DNA from: a virus | Virus record (IMG/VR): IMGVR_UViG_3300037961_002813 | Location: 1 to 64,000 of that record | DNA: 64,000 nt | Direction: 5' to 3' (one strand) | Shown: positions 41,447 to 49,796 of the stretch, in pieces | Numbering within the stretch: the first letter of the stretch is position 1 | Layout: every line of letters begins with the position of its first letter | Program-made: the position numbers and the translations under genes | The notes under the pieces: model-generated | Seen by the model: the letters and a program-made list of their open reading frames with translations, nothing else | The model's database searches: none | Told to the model about the DNA's origin: nothing

Positions 41447-41568
41447 AATCTACCTCTCGCTATCAAATATCTATCAGCGATTATTCCATCTATCTCTATC
41501 TTGCATTCGTGGCACATGTCATCATACTCACCCTCGATGTCTAAGCAACCCGGACACTCATCAGTCAC
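41443..41568 (-). CDS. 41-aa zinc-finger microprotein
   Basis: GTG start in junction repeat; MTDECPGCLDIEGEYDDMCHECKIEIDGIIADRYLIARGRL*. Confidence 0.65.
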   Translation of the reverse strand: MTDECPGCLDIEGEYDDMCHECKIEIDGIIADRYLIARGRL

Positions 41569-41780
41569 GCCGTCACCTCCACCTTTTGACATCGTTCCCA
41601 TAGGTAGTCCATAGCCCAATCAATATCTTCTGCTGTGCAAATAATAGGTCTACCGAAAGTATCCATACCATTGTTATATGATTTGAACCAATCTCTTTCG
41701 TTTCCCTCAATACATGTGTATTGCATAATGCAAATGTTCAACGCTTGTATCTTTGCTTTTGATTTAGGAAATCGCTTCAC
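41565..41780 (-). CDS. hypothetical protein ending EVTA*
   Basis: GTG start overlapping upstream stop (GGAGGCGATACCGTGA); ends in junction repeat. Confidence 0.65.
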   Translation of the reverse strand: MKRFPKSKAKIQALNICIMQYTCIEGNERDWFKSYNNGMDTFGRPIICTAEDIDWAMDYLWERCQKVEVTA

Positions 41781-41935
41781 GGTATCGCCTCCCAATGGAG
41801 TAAAAACAATTCTTCACTCCAATTGTCTATGTCACCATTCTCTTTCTCTAGCATGTAGACTTTGCTACCGCTAACCATCTTATCGCCTTTCAAAGTTACA
41901 ATTACATTAGTATGTTTATTCTTATATTTCTTCAC
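41777..41935 (-). CDS. 52-aa microprotein
   Basis: MKKYKNKHTNVIVTLKGDKMVSGSKVYMLEKENGDIDNWSEELFLLHWEAIP*; starts in junction repeat. Confidence 0.65.
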   Translation of the reverse strand: MKKYKNKHTNVIVTLKGDKMVSGSKVYMLEKENGDIDNWSEELFLLHWEAIP

Positions 41936-42042
41936 GCCGTCACCTCCGCACAGTGAGGACAGGGTATTGTTTCATCAAGAGCATGTACACCATTACACAA
42001 ATTCATTTTACACATTAGCAAAGATAAATGAAATACCTTCAT
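41932..42042 (-). CDS. 36-aa Cys-rich microprotein ending EVTA*
   Basis: MKVFHLSLLMCKMNLCNGVHALDETIPCPHCAEVTA*; bounded by two junction repeats. Confidence 0.65.
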   Translation of the reverse strand: MKVFHLSLLMCKMNLCNGVHALDETIPCPHCAEVTA

Positions 42043-42200
42043 GCCGTCACCTCTTCATATTCTATCGCTTCTTCAATATTTTCTAAATGCTCTTGAATTA
42101 TATCGTATCTAAGTTGTAAATCATCAAGTGCTTTCTTCATTTCCTTCAATGATAGTTCATAGGCACTTTTCATTCCCTTTAATGCTATTAACTTACTCAC
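42039..42200 (-). CDS. 53-aa coiled-coil microprotein ending EVTA*
   Basis: MSKLIALKGMKSAYELSLKEMKKALDDLQLRYDIIQEHLENIEEAIEYEEVTA*. Confidence 0.65.
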   Translation of the reverse strand: MSKLIALKGMKSAYELSLKEMKKALDDLQLRYDIIQEHLENIEEAIEYEEVTA

Positions 42201-42352
42201 GCCGTCACCTCCACGCCATATTCATTTAGGTAATGACACTCACTACAAATACGCCCTGCTTGAACATCATGTAGTGGCTCATCTTTGATACAACAGGTCT
42301 TGGAACATACCTCGCAATCTTCGTAGCCGTCTGTCACTTTGTATTCACTCAT
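42197..42352 (-). CDS. 51-aa zinc-finger microprotein ending EVTA*
   Basis: MSEYKVTDGYEDCEVCSKTCCIKDEPLHDVQAGRICSECHYLNEYGVEVTA*. Confidence 0.65.
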   Translation of the reverse strand: MSEYKVTDGYEDCEVCSKTCCIKDEPLHDVQAGRICSECHYLNEYGVEVTA

Positions 42353-42894
42353 GCCGTCACCTCCCACCAACTAGGAACATCAGTACGCACATACCGCACC
42401 CCACCTTTACTGTATTGCTTAGACTTGTAGTAAGACCTGTAGGCTTGTACTGCAAATTTAGGATAAGCATGGTATACAATCTCACCGTCAATTGGTTCGG
42501 GTCTGTATTCATCGGGCATAGCCAATGCAAACTGTGTCAATCCACCTTCGGGAATGATGTAGTCTATACAAGACATAATGTGGATAGGTGCGCTACAAGC
42601 ATGCACTTTATCAAAACGATTTGAGTATTCAGTTAGTAGTGCTTGAGCATGGCGAGCCAACCACTGAAAGTTAGCACGACTGTCACCCGCCCATACTGTG
42701 CAAGGGTGATGTTTGTATCCTCCCTTGTATGGTTTACCTGCTTTGGTAAGTGGCATCTGCTCATCAGTAGCACCATGCCTACGCAAACTAGCGGCCATCA
42801 TCTGTGCTGACTCTACGCACATCTTAGGTAATCTAACATCATCCATGTACTTAGCCGCAGTAACAGGGTTTTCATCTAATACAAATATGTTCAT
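42349..42894 (-). CDS. pyrimidine-dimer DNA glycosylase/endonuclease V-like protein
   Basis: MNIFVLDENP...D..LPKM..ESAQM...HHPCTVW...EY..RF.KVH...FALAMPDEY...AVQAYR.YY family pattern. Confidence 0.75.
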   Translation of the reverse strand: MNIFVLDENPVTAAKYMDDVRLPKMCVESAQMMAASLRRHGATDEQMPLTKAGKPYKGGYKHHPCTVWAGDSRANFQWLARHAQALLTEYSNRFDKVHACSAPIHIMSCIDYIIPEGGLTQFALAMPDEYRPEPIDGEIVYHAYPKFAVQAYRSYYKSKQYSKGGVRYVRTDVPSWWEVTA

Positions 42895-43124
42895 TACAAA
42901 GCCTCCAACTTAGATTCTACATCTATAACTATAGTGTTAATGATACTTTCTAGCGTACTATTCCACCCAAAACCAAGTTGTTCTAAATCGCTCATTTTAT
43001 CTAAAACATCATAAATAATTTCTTTTGCTTGAGTAGCCAATCCGTGCAACTGTTCAAGTTGTTCGGCTTGGTATGCTTTTTCTTCTAGTCTTTCTATATC
43101 TGCTTGTATTTCTGCACTTTTCAT
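42894..43124 (-). CDS. hypothetical coiled-coil protein
   Basis: 76 aa, TAATG-coupled. Confidence 0.55.
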   Translation of the reverse strand: MKSAEIQADIERLEEKAYQAEQLEQLHGLATQAKEIIYDVLDKMSDLEQLGFGWNSTLESIINTIVIDVESKLEAL

Positions 43125-43127
43125 TAT

Positions 43128-43325
43128 CTATTCCTCCGCTAACAAAGCCCATTCGATTTTATCTTTCAAATCAAGGCCGAATCTGTGTTCATAGGCGGTA
43201 AGGAAATCAACTACGGTTTCAATACAACCTACTTGTTCTACCATACTTTCTATGTCTTGCTTATCCCAATCATAGAGATTGACAGCAACATAACAGGCTA
43301 AATTTTTCATTTGTCTATATCCCAT
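43128..43325 (-). CDS. hypothetical protein
   Basis: Likely start MGYRQ at 43325 after GGAGG SD. Confidence 0.55.
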   Translation of the reverse strand: MGYRQMKNLACYVAVNLYDWDKQDIESMVEQVGCIETVVDFLTAYEHRFGLDLKDKIEWALLAEE

Positions 43326-43327
43326 AT

Positions 43328-43489
43328 CTATTCCTCCTGTATGTCTACCTCTTCTGCCTCGAACAAGTAGTCCTCGTATGGTGCGCCAAATAATGTATGC
43401 ACTACCCACAACTTCTCTTCTAGTTCTTCTTCATTTTCTGCCTCTATCTCACCTGTATAGGTGACTCTTACTGTATATGTTTTTTTCAT
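43328..43489 (-). CDS. 53-aa acidic microprotein (not in ORF track)
   Basis: MKKTYTVRVTYTGEIEAENEEELEEKLW...EAEEVDIQEE*; directly downstream of promoter copy 3. Confidence 0.6.
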   Translation of the reverse strand: MKKTYTVRVTYTGEIEAENEEELEEKLWVVHTLFGAPYEDYLFEAEEVDIQEE

Positions 43490-43502
43490 GTTTCTCAATC
43501 CT

Positions 43503-43530
43503 CATTTCTTATTTGGTTTATATATTATTT
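43503..43530 (-). promoter_or_regulatory. conserved TATA promoter motif copy 3
   Basis: Minus strand AAATAATATATAAACCAAATAAGAAATG. Confidence 0.8.
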
Positions 43531-43849
43531 ATTCCGGTCTGTATTTTTTACCGTAGTCATACATCTCTTGCCATACCCCTACCAATGCAAAGTGGTAATG
43601 GTAATCATTTACACTCGCTTTGAAGTTGTCATAGTTTATACCCATCAACAGGTCACCGATGACAGTGCCTACAACATAGTTGTCTATGTCTGCCCTGTAT
43701 GGGTAGTCTGCATCTGCATCTTCATACACTTCTGCATTTGGAAAAATACTTTCAATGTGATTTTTATTTCTCGCTCGCACCAATAATGTATGTTCCTTAT
43801 CCCTGTGCTTTACGATACTCAACCATCCCTTATTGGTCGCTATCCACAT
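43529..43849 (-). CDS. conserved phage hypothetical protein
   Basis: MWIATNKGWLSIV...LLVRAR...DYPYRA...INYDNFK pattern. Confidence 0.65.
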   Translation of the reverse strand: MWIATNKGWLSIVKHRDKEHTLLVRARNKNHIESIFPNAEVYEDADADYPYRADIDNYVVGTVIGDLLMGINYDNFKASVNDYHYHFALVGVWQEMYDYGKKYRPE

Positions 43850-44153
43850 AGTCACCATCTTCCTCTATTAATCCTAACTCCTTACCGTTGTACATGATTA
43901 CGCTTTCTCCATCTTCGTTGTAATCAAGTAGCGGGTTTTCCCAATAAAATTCATCTATACCGGATTCAATGTGTAAACGCCAAATACTTAACAAGAAACC
44001 ATGTGGTGTAGACTCTACTGTAGGGTCAATCTCTATTTGCCGCAAAGCATCTTGGATTAGTTTATCCGCATGCCGTTTGTTTTTACATGGGTCTACATTT
44101 GCCCCATCTTCACTATATCCATATCGTGCTACATATTCTATTCTTTTACTCAT
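43830..44153 (-). CDS. hypothetical protein
   Basis: 107 aa, ATGA-coupled. Confidence 0.55.
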   Translation of the reverse strand: MSKRIEYVARYGYSEDGANVDPCKNKRHADKLIQDALRQIEIDPTVESTPHGFLLSIWRLHIESGIDEFYWENPLLDYNEDGESVIMYNGKELGLIEEDGDYVDSDQ

Positions 44154-44428
44154 TCTTCATCCTCCGATTGTATTGAATGTAATACCTTAGATGTTGCCTC
44201 GGACATTTTCATAACTTGGATAGTTTCACCATCCTTGTAGCCATCTATCTCAACCTCACTCTCATGTTTGCGACCTGTAACAAGATTGAACTGACCAAGC
44301 ATGAACAGTATCCCGTTAGTCGTGTAACCTTTGTTGATATACTTCACTATCTTGTTACGCATGATTTCTTCCGCTTCCATCTGTGCATCAGTCACAATCT
44401 CGTTAAGTTCTTTCAGTGTTAATTTCAC
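44150..44428 (-). CDS. hypothetical protein
   Basis: Probable GTG start overlapping DUF932 stop (GCGTGA); ends EDEE*. Confidence 0.5.
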   Translation of the reverse strand: MKLTLKELNEIVTDAQMEAEEIMRNKIVKYINKGYTTNGILFMLGQFNLVTGRKHESEVEIDGYKDGETIQVMKMSEATSKVLHSIQSEDEE

Positions 44429-45426
44429 GCTAACAACTCCATCGCTTTGTTCCATGCAATAACCTTTCTTCGTGCAAGTGGGCCGAACATGGCTGACTGT
44501 GTGCGCTTGATACTTGTCTCACCATTACGCAGTTGAGTGAGGCTGTGGTCAATCGCTTCTGTGATTGCATTGTAAGCCGCCCATACTGTGCCACTCATGT
44601 TACCGATGTTGTTAGTAGGTGACAGTAGTAGTTTGTTGGTGGAAGCAATAATGTTCTTACCTCTTGTCGCAAGTTCACCATCTTCATCACGCTTCAAGTC
44701 CATGACATCAATGAAGTATTCTTGCGTAGTTTCAAGATTAATTTTCGTATTCAACATACGCTCTACATCATTAGCCCATTGTGTGAAGTCCTCTTCTACA
44801 GCCTGTAGTGCTTTCTTTGCTTCTTCCATTCTCTCGTGCATCTTACCGGAGTGACGGATTGCATACCCTTGACCTTTACCTCGACCTAACGCCATTGACA
44901 AAGTATTGAAACATACCACACGGATAGGTGTCGGTAGTATTCTTACCGAGCCTGTGCCATCGTGTGTGTTGCTTATCAACAGATACTTGTGGACTGTATC
45001 TACATTATCGAACACGATACTTGTAGGTAGCCTCGCTAGTATCCAAACTGTCTGTCCTTCGCCTAGCGCACCACATACCTCAACCTTCGGCTTGTGGTCA
45101 CCTGTCAATTCGTCAAGGAATGAAAACGCTTCTACATTCTGTAGTGCTTTCCATACCTTGCCAACTGTTTGTCCGTTCTTTGTCAATGGAATCTTCTTGC
45201 CGCTTTCAGTACGGAACACACCGTATGTACCGGGCAGTACATCCATCTCATCATTGTCCTCATAGTACAATGGCTCTTTGGTAACCACCCAATTCAAGTT
45301 GGCCTTGATTAACGCATCATGCGTGGTCATCAATCCATCTGCTTGTGTTCCTAACTTGTGCCACGGAGTTGCCCCCGCCCATGCTGTCATCCATTCTCCT
45401 GTTTGTGTTTGTGCTATATTGTGCAT
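44425..45426 (-). CDS. DUF932 phage/plasmid-like protein
   Basis: PWHKLG, LQNVEAFSFLD, GALGEG..VWILA, NTHDGTGS, TPIRVVCFNTL, RHSG, GTVWAAYNAITE. Confidence 0.85.
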   Translation of the reverse strand: MHNIAQTQTGEWMTAWAGATPWHKLGTQADGLMTTHDALIKANLNWVVTKEPLYYEDNDEMDVLPGTYGVFRTESGKKIPLTKNGQTVGKVWKALQNVEAFSFLDELTGDHKPKVEVCGALGEGQTVWILARLPTSIVFDNVDTVHKYLLISNTHDGTGSVRILPTPIRVVCFNTLSMALGRGKGQGYAIRHSGKMHERMEEAKKALQAVEEDFTQWANDVERMLNTKINLETTQEYFIDVMDLKRDEDGELATRGKNIIASTNKLLLSPTNNIGNMSGTVWAAYNAITEAIDHSLTQLRNGETSIKRTQSAMFGPLARRKVIAWNKAMELLA

Positions 45427-45451
45427 TTTTTATCTCTCCTTTTCATCTCTC

Positions 45452-45486
45452 TTTTCTTTCTTGGTTTATATATCATTTCTTTCAGT
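45452..45486 (-). promoter_or_regulatory. conserved TATA promoter motif copy 4
   Basis: Minus strand ACTGAAAGAAATGATATATAAACCAAGAAAGAAAA. Confidence 0.75.
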
Positions 45487-45954
45487 CTTGTTTTTATTTT
45501 TGTTTTCGTGAATCATATTGTGTATTAATTCCCTCGCAATATTGTCGTACAACTCTTTGTTCTTCGGTAGTATGTCTTTCCACGGTATAGCCATAGATGG
45601 TCTTAGTTCAGCCATCTTCGCTCTTACTTCTTTGTCGTTAAGGTTGGCAAGTAAGCGTAGTACAACATACGCTACTCCGCCTGTCCTATCCCTACCGTGT
45701 ACACAGTGCAAGAGTACATCCTTACCTGTGTCGAGTAAGTCAATCACCAAGTCTACGGCATGCGCCCATATCTCCGGTGTACTATTTTTAGCCCTAAAGT
45801 AATAGTGGTGTCGCTCATGCTTGTCCGAGTCTATGTATCTAGGTGGGTAGCGACACAGTGTAACTATCGTGTGGTTCGGTTGTAGTGTATCACGGAAGTC
45901 ATTAAGGCCACACATAGTAAGTGAGCCATTACTTACTTTGATTGATTGGTTCAT
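45466..45954 (-). CDS. CX5R protein-tyrosine/dual-specificity phosphatase
   Basis: VLLHCVHGRDRTG active-site loop. Confidence 0.85.
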   Translation of the reverse strand: MNQSIKVSNGSLTMCGLNDFRDTLQPNHTIVTLCRYPPRYIDSDKHERHHYYFRAKNSTPEIWAHAVDLVIDLLDTGKDVLLHCVHGRDRTGGVAYVVLRLLANLNDKEVRAKMAELRPSMAIPWKDILPKNKELYDNIARELIHNMIHENKNKNKTERNDI

Positions 45955-46022
45955 TTGTCTCTCTCCTTAATTATTTGTTCACAAATCCAAATCCACATCA
46001 ATTCATTTAATGTCATTCTCAT
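45951..46022 (-). CDS. 23-aa micro-ORF
   Basis: MRMTLNELMWIWICEQIIKERDK*; ATGA-coupled at both ends. Confidence 0.4.
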   Translation of the reverse strand: MRMTLNELMWIWICEQIIKERDK

Positions 46023-46330
46023 TCTTCCTCGCCTCCATACATCATTTCGTAGCATTCCTTTGAACAGATGTGAATATCGTCATCATCTATCTCTTCTCTA
46101 AAGTGACCCTCACCTTGCATTTCTGTTCCGCACCAATCGCATTCATACACTTCATAGTGACCTTTTTCGGCTAAATCGTGGTATTCATCTATATCCCAAG
46201 AATAGTCAGTGGTTCTATGTTCTTCGCAGATTTTACAGTAAGCCTCAACAAACACATGGACTATACCATCACTGTCACTTGGTCTGTATGGCACGCTAAA
46301 TGTCCACTCATGATTACATTCTTTCTTCAT
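46019..46330 (-). CDS. zinc-finger protein ending GGEEE*
   Basis: CNHEW, CKIC, CDWC, CSKEC. Confidence 0.65.
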   Translation of the reverse strand: MKKECNHEWTFSVPYRPSDSDGIVHVFVEAYCKICEEHRTTDYSWDIDEYHDLAEKGHYEVYECDWCGTEMQGEGHFREEIDDDDIHICSKECYEMMYGGEEE

Positions 46331-46674
46331 TCAATCACCTTCCCATTTGTAATACTTCTGTGTAAGTCCTCAATGTAATCACTCATGTAATACCCATCAG
46401 CCGCCTCCATATTGTTAGCAATATCAGTAATCGCTTCACGCAACCGTTTGATTTCAGCAAGAAGTTTTGGTGCGTCTTGTATCAGTAAAGCATCTGCTTC
46501 AATTTTCTTCCTTGTTCTTTGTCCTACTTCTTCGGTAAACAATTTACATATTCCACCTACTGCTACCGAGCCATCCTCAAAGAAATGAGCCTTCCAATGT
46601 GTGCTATGTCCTTCGTAGTCATCTATGACGATACCACGAGGGCGAAAGAGAGAAAAGAGGGGAATCCAACTCAT
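46327..46674 (-). CDS. Ea22/Ead-like family member (DAPKLLAEIKRLRE), outlier of the 49.5-51.3 kb array
   Basis: YEGHSTHW...ADALLIQDAPKLLAEIKRLRE; degenerate repeat B at 46436-46456. Confidence 0.65.
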   Translation of the reverse strand: MSWIPLFSLFRPRGIVIDDYEGHSTHWKAHFFEDGSVAVGGICKLFTEEVGQRTRKKIEADALLIQDAPKLLAEIKRLREAITDIANNMEAADGYYMSDYIEDLHRSITNGKVIE

Positions 46675-46814
46675 TCTTCCTCGCCTCCTTCACATTCTTT
46701 ACACAAGCCTTGCTTGTTCATATCTACTAACGGATAGGCGTGGGAACACCCTAAGCAATAACCCATGAGTATTCCTTTCTTTACTCCCTCAATGTAATCA
46801 TCGCTGTGTATCAT
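46671..46814 (-). CDS. 47-aa zinc-finger microprotein ending GGEEE*
   Basis: MIHSDDYIEGVKKGILMGYCLGCSHAYPLVDMNKQGLCKECEGGEEE*; bounded by two identical junctions. Confidence 0.65.
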   Translation of the reverse strand: MIHSDDYIEGVKKGILMGYCLGCSHAYPLVDMNKQGLCKECEGGEEE

Positions 46815-47104
46815 TCTTCCTCGCCTCCTTCACGATACTCCGCCCATTCATCGAACAGCGTTTCATTATCTATTTTGAATACCCTCTTTGTTGAAAGCCC
46901 ACACACTTTACACAAGTATCTCAATTCCATTTCATTGTCTGCAACGGTAGGTGTAGCCAACGCTTGATGGTGAACCAATGTCCACTCATGCTCTACACAT
47001 GGTTTATCTGCGTAGCCGGACTCTTCCCAAAAGTTTAGTTTGTCCAACCTGTTCTGCAAGTCTATCATATCTTGTTTTATTTTATCTCTTAATTTATTTT
47101 TCAT
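46811..47104 (-). CDS. zinc-finger protein ending GGEEE*
   Basis: CVEHEW...CKVCG. Confidence 0.6.
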   Translation of the reverse strand: MKNKLRDKIKQDMIDLQNRLDKLNFWEESGYADKPCVEHEWTLVHHQALATPTVADNEMELRYLCKVCGLSTKRVFKIDNETLFDEWAEYREGGEEE

Positions 47105-47321
47105 CTTTCTTCACCGCCTCAAATAAGTCTTTATACAATTTAGCATACTCTTTCTTTTCATCATCGTCAAGCATATCGAGAACATAATCCCAATCTGTAT
47201 GTTCAAGGAAAATTCTCTTTGCTTTTTCTTCTAACTCCAATATCCTTTGCTTCTTTATTTTCAACTTGATTTCTTTCTGCTTGTTTATCCATTCGTTGTT
47301 CATATTACTACACCATGTCAT
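47094..47321 (-). CDS. hypothetical protein
   Basis: Start MTWCS coupled to upstream stop; ends EAVKKDEK. Confidence 0.55.
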   Translation of the reverse strand: MTWCSNMNNEWINKQKEIKLKIKKQRILELEEKAKRIFLEHTDWDYVLDMLDDDEKKEYAKLYKDLFEAVKKDEK

Positions 47322-47569
47322 TCTTTCTTCACCGCCTCTCTTAACGCCCATCTGCTTTGCTTGTGCTTATTGTCGTACCTAACTTTACGATAATAACGAC
47401 CAAGCACTGTGCTTAACTCATTCCTCGTTACACCTACTCGTAGGGGTTTGAAGTCTATCTCCGGTATCTTGACATTACCGTGTACTATATCGTAGATTTG
47501 TCCTGTGTATAAATTAGGTTTTACTTTTAGTAACTTAGTAATCCTGTTGCGTATAACTGTCTTGCTCAT
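47318..47569 (-). CDS. small basic winged-helix-like protein
   Basis: GQIYDIV...VTRNELSTVLGRYY...RW; ends EAVKKE. Confidence 0.55.
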   Translation of the reverse strand: MSKTVIRNRITKLLKVKPNLYTGQIYDIVHGNVKIPEIDFKPLRVGVTRNELSTVLGRYYRKVRYDNKHKQSRWALREAVKKE

Positions 47570-47570
47570 C

Positions 47571-47723
47571 TTAATCACCCATCAGTGTTTTTATGTCCTC
47601 TAAAGGTAAATGGTAATAAAAATCTTCACAAGCATATCTTGTACCGTCTGTATAGTTCAACTTCATTTGTTCTAATGAACAATAAGGGCATAACGGCATT
47701 GATAATCTACAATTTTTATTCAT
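47571..47723 (-). CDS. 50-aa Cys-rich microprotein (not in ORF track)
   Basis: MNKNCRLSMPLCPYCSLEQMKLNYTDGTRYACEDFYYHLPLEDIKTLMGD*; ATGA-coupled. Confidence 0.5.
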   Translation of the reverse strand: MNKNCRLSMPLCPYCSLEQMKLNYTDGTRYACEDFYYHLPLEDIKTLMGD

Positions 47724-49183
47724 CCAGTCACTTCCTTTGTACGGTTTAGTTTATCCTCCCTATAACCAAACGGCATTGTTGTAAATTTATCTTTGTGCAT
47801 TTCAAACCACATGTCACCTTTAGTTTGTAAGTTCACTAAACATTGTTGTGGAGTAGACATTGATTCAACTTCAACATTAGGGTGTAGATTTAATTCAGTG
47901 GTCACATTGTTAGTCTTGTACCTAATGGTAGGAGTAACAAACTGTAATTCTCCATTCTTGATTTTTCTATCTACACATACTTGAAGATTGTTTGGTCGCA
48001 TGGCATTATTTACTGCGGAACAATAATCAATAGCATCCTGTTCATTTAAGAATCTAACATTGTACCCAATAATGTCATAGGTATGTAACTTTTCTATCGG
48101 TTTCCAAACATAAGACACGATTTCCATACCGAATGATTTTTGCACATGACCCTTTGAATACACCCAACCGTTTACTTCATCACCTAACTTACGCTTCTTA
48201 GAATTAGATGCCATGATTTTTGTTCTTTTATCTTGAACTTTTCGCCACACACTGTCATACCACTTGAACTTACGACCTCTACCTTCTGTTGTTTGACACA
48301 CTACACCACGCTTCTTCATACGATTGACAGCCTTGTTGATTTGTTTAATTACCGTCTTGTCGTCAGCGTGTTTAGTGTAAGTGCGAGTAAACATTTTGTT
48401 GTATTCAATTGAGCCATCTAACACTAGCCTTTTTTGTAAGTAATCACTTGTCCACCCTACAGGTATGTTGGATGGTGATAAGATTTGTAAATCCGGCATC
48501 ATGACCCAAGCATTTCTTTTGGCTTCCCCGCCATGAATCGTACACATACTTTCCTTGTCTCTTGTACACAAACCATACCATGAAATTTCTCCATATTTTG
48601 ATTTAATCTTTGAAGTTCCTTTAGATGTAGTAAAGTAATAACTCGGCCAATTATATTCAACTGAATTACGACAGAAAGTTTCAAACTCTTTCTTTCTACT
48701 TTTTTGTGATTCACTTGAGATACTACTGTATCCCCCTTCAACTTCCCATCCGCATATTACATCTAAGTAATCACGATAGTCAATTTCATGTCTGTCTAAT
48801 ACACCTATTATGGAATTAATATACCCTACTCTTCTTTGTCTACCGTATTCATTGGACTCACGCTTTATGTGAACACCATCACACACAACTTTCTTTCTGT
48901 CTAATACACCTCTTACAATTCTCCCCGACTCAAACAATGAGGCGAGTCTTGTATGGTCATTGACTAAATCTTTAGCCGTGACCTCTACATTCTCGCCCAT
49001 ACTAACGATACTGTACAGTACCGCTATGTCCATTGGGTTAGCCTTGCCTACCGTATGTTTCACATACCCTAACGCTTGACTTGTCAGTACTTCTTCGTCA
49101 GTGTATGAAAGGGTATCACCCATCAGTCCTAATTCGTGCCATGTGTTCGCATCTCTATGTTTACTATATTGCATATTTCTCAT
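47720..49183 (-). CDS. hypothetical protein (487 aa, basic)
   Basis: Long ORF immediately downstream of promoter copy 5. Confidence 0.75.
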   Translation of the reverse strand: MRNMQYSKHRDANTWHELGLMGDTLSYTDEEVLTSQALGYVKHTVGKANPMDIAVLYSIVSMGENVEVTAKDLVNDHTRLASLFESGRIVRGVLDRKKVVCDGVHIKRESNEYGRQRRVGYINSIIGVLDRHEIDYRDYLDVICGWEVEGGYSSISSESQKSRKKEFETFCRNSVEYNWPSYYFTTSKGTSKIKSKYGEISWYGLCTRDKESMCTIHGGEAKRNAWVMMPDLQILSPSNIPVGWTSDYLQKRLVLDGSIEYNKMFTRTYTKHADDKTVIKQINKAVNRMKKRGVVCQTTEGRGRKFKWYDSVWRKVQDKRTKIMASNSKKRKLGDEVNGWVYSKGHVQKSFGMEIVSYVWKPIEKLHTYDIIGYNVRFLNEQDAIDYCSAVNNAMRPNNLQVCVDRKIKNGELQFVTPTIRYKTNNVTTELNLHPNVEVESMSTPQQCLVNLQTKGDMWFEMHKDKFTTMPFGYREDKLNRTKEVTG

Positions 49184-49187
49184 CTCT

Positions 49188-49223
49188 CATTTCTTATTTG
49201 GTTTATATATCATTTCTTTCAGT
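49188..49223 (-). promoter_or_regulatory. conserved TATA promoter motif copy 5
   Basis: Minus strand ACTGAAAGAAATGATATATAAACCAAATAAGAAATG. Confidence 0.8.
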
Positions 49224-49230
49224 GTCAATT

Positions 49231-49467
49231 TTATTCTAATGGATGGTCTATGTACTTGTCACCTAGTGTCCATCTAAGGGCTTTGACTACGCCCTCAAGT
49301 GCCTTGTAATTTCTCATGTGATAGATACGCTCTTTCTTCTTACCTATCTGCATCCTTGTGAAGTGCATGTTCTGTTTGCGCTCGGCTCTATCGAGCATAG
49401 CAAGGATAACTTTCTCATCCCTAACGCCCATGAATGATTCGCTGTCTTGGTGGTCGCTCATTGTCAT
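49231..49467 (-). CDS. hypothetical protein
   Basis: 78 aa, coupled to the last array gene. Confidence 0.65.
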   Translation of the reverse strand: MTMSDHQDSESFMGVRDEKVILAMLDRAERKQNMHFTRMQIGKKKERIYHMRNYKALEGVVKALRWTLGDKYIDHPLE

Positions 49468-49796
49468 TCTTTCATCACCTCACAGAAGTTATTGAACCAA
49501 TCATTTCTATCTTCGTGATTACAATTTTCCCACACATCAACTACTTGCTCTATCAAGTCACGCAACCGCTTGACTTCTTCAAGGAGTAATGGTGCGTCTG
49601 CTATCAAGTTTGCATCAGCATCGGAAAACTCAATGACCTTGTCCTCAAGGTCAAAATCAACTACGCTGAATGCTTGAACATAAGCGATGTATCTGTCATT
49701 AGGGCATTTACCATTTGACACGAAGTTGTTGGTTATTCTCCAACCAACTTCATTATCACCTTTAGTATGTCCTTCATATTTGTCTGTGTCAATCAT
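49464..49796 (-). CDS. MIDTDKY/EVKRLR array gene 1 (Ea22/Ead-like)
   Basis: MIDTDKYEGHT...ADANLIADAPLLLEEVKRLRD. Confidence 0.75.
   Translation of the reverse strand: MIDTDKYEGHTKGDNEVGWRITNNFVSNGKCPNDRYIAYVQAFSVVDFDLEDKVIEFSDADANLIADAPLLLEEVKRLRDLIEQVVDVWENCNHEDRNDWFNNFCEVMKE

Larger units (their letters stand above)
41565..42364 (-). repeat. five copies of 16-bp junction repeat RGAGGTGACGGCRTGA
   Basis: + strand TCAYGCCGTCACCTCY at 41565, 41932, 42039, 42197, 42349. Confidence 0.9.
46019..46833 (-). repeat. 18-23 bp junction repeat GGAGGCGAGGAAGAATGA
   Basis: + strand TCATTCTTCCTCGCCTCC at 46019, 46671, 46811 (last two share 23 bp); variant at 50262. Confidence 0.9.

Noticed and set aside
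41565-42364. Mini-CRISPR or integron attC interpretation of the 16-bp repeat
   Set aside because: Repeat is short and non-palindromic, spacing is irregular (107-367 bp), it coincides with SD/stop/start, and no integrase is seen in the window.
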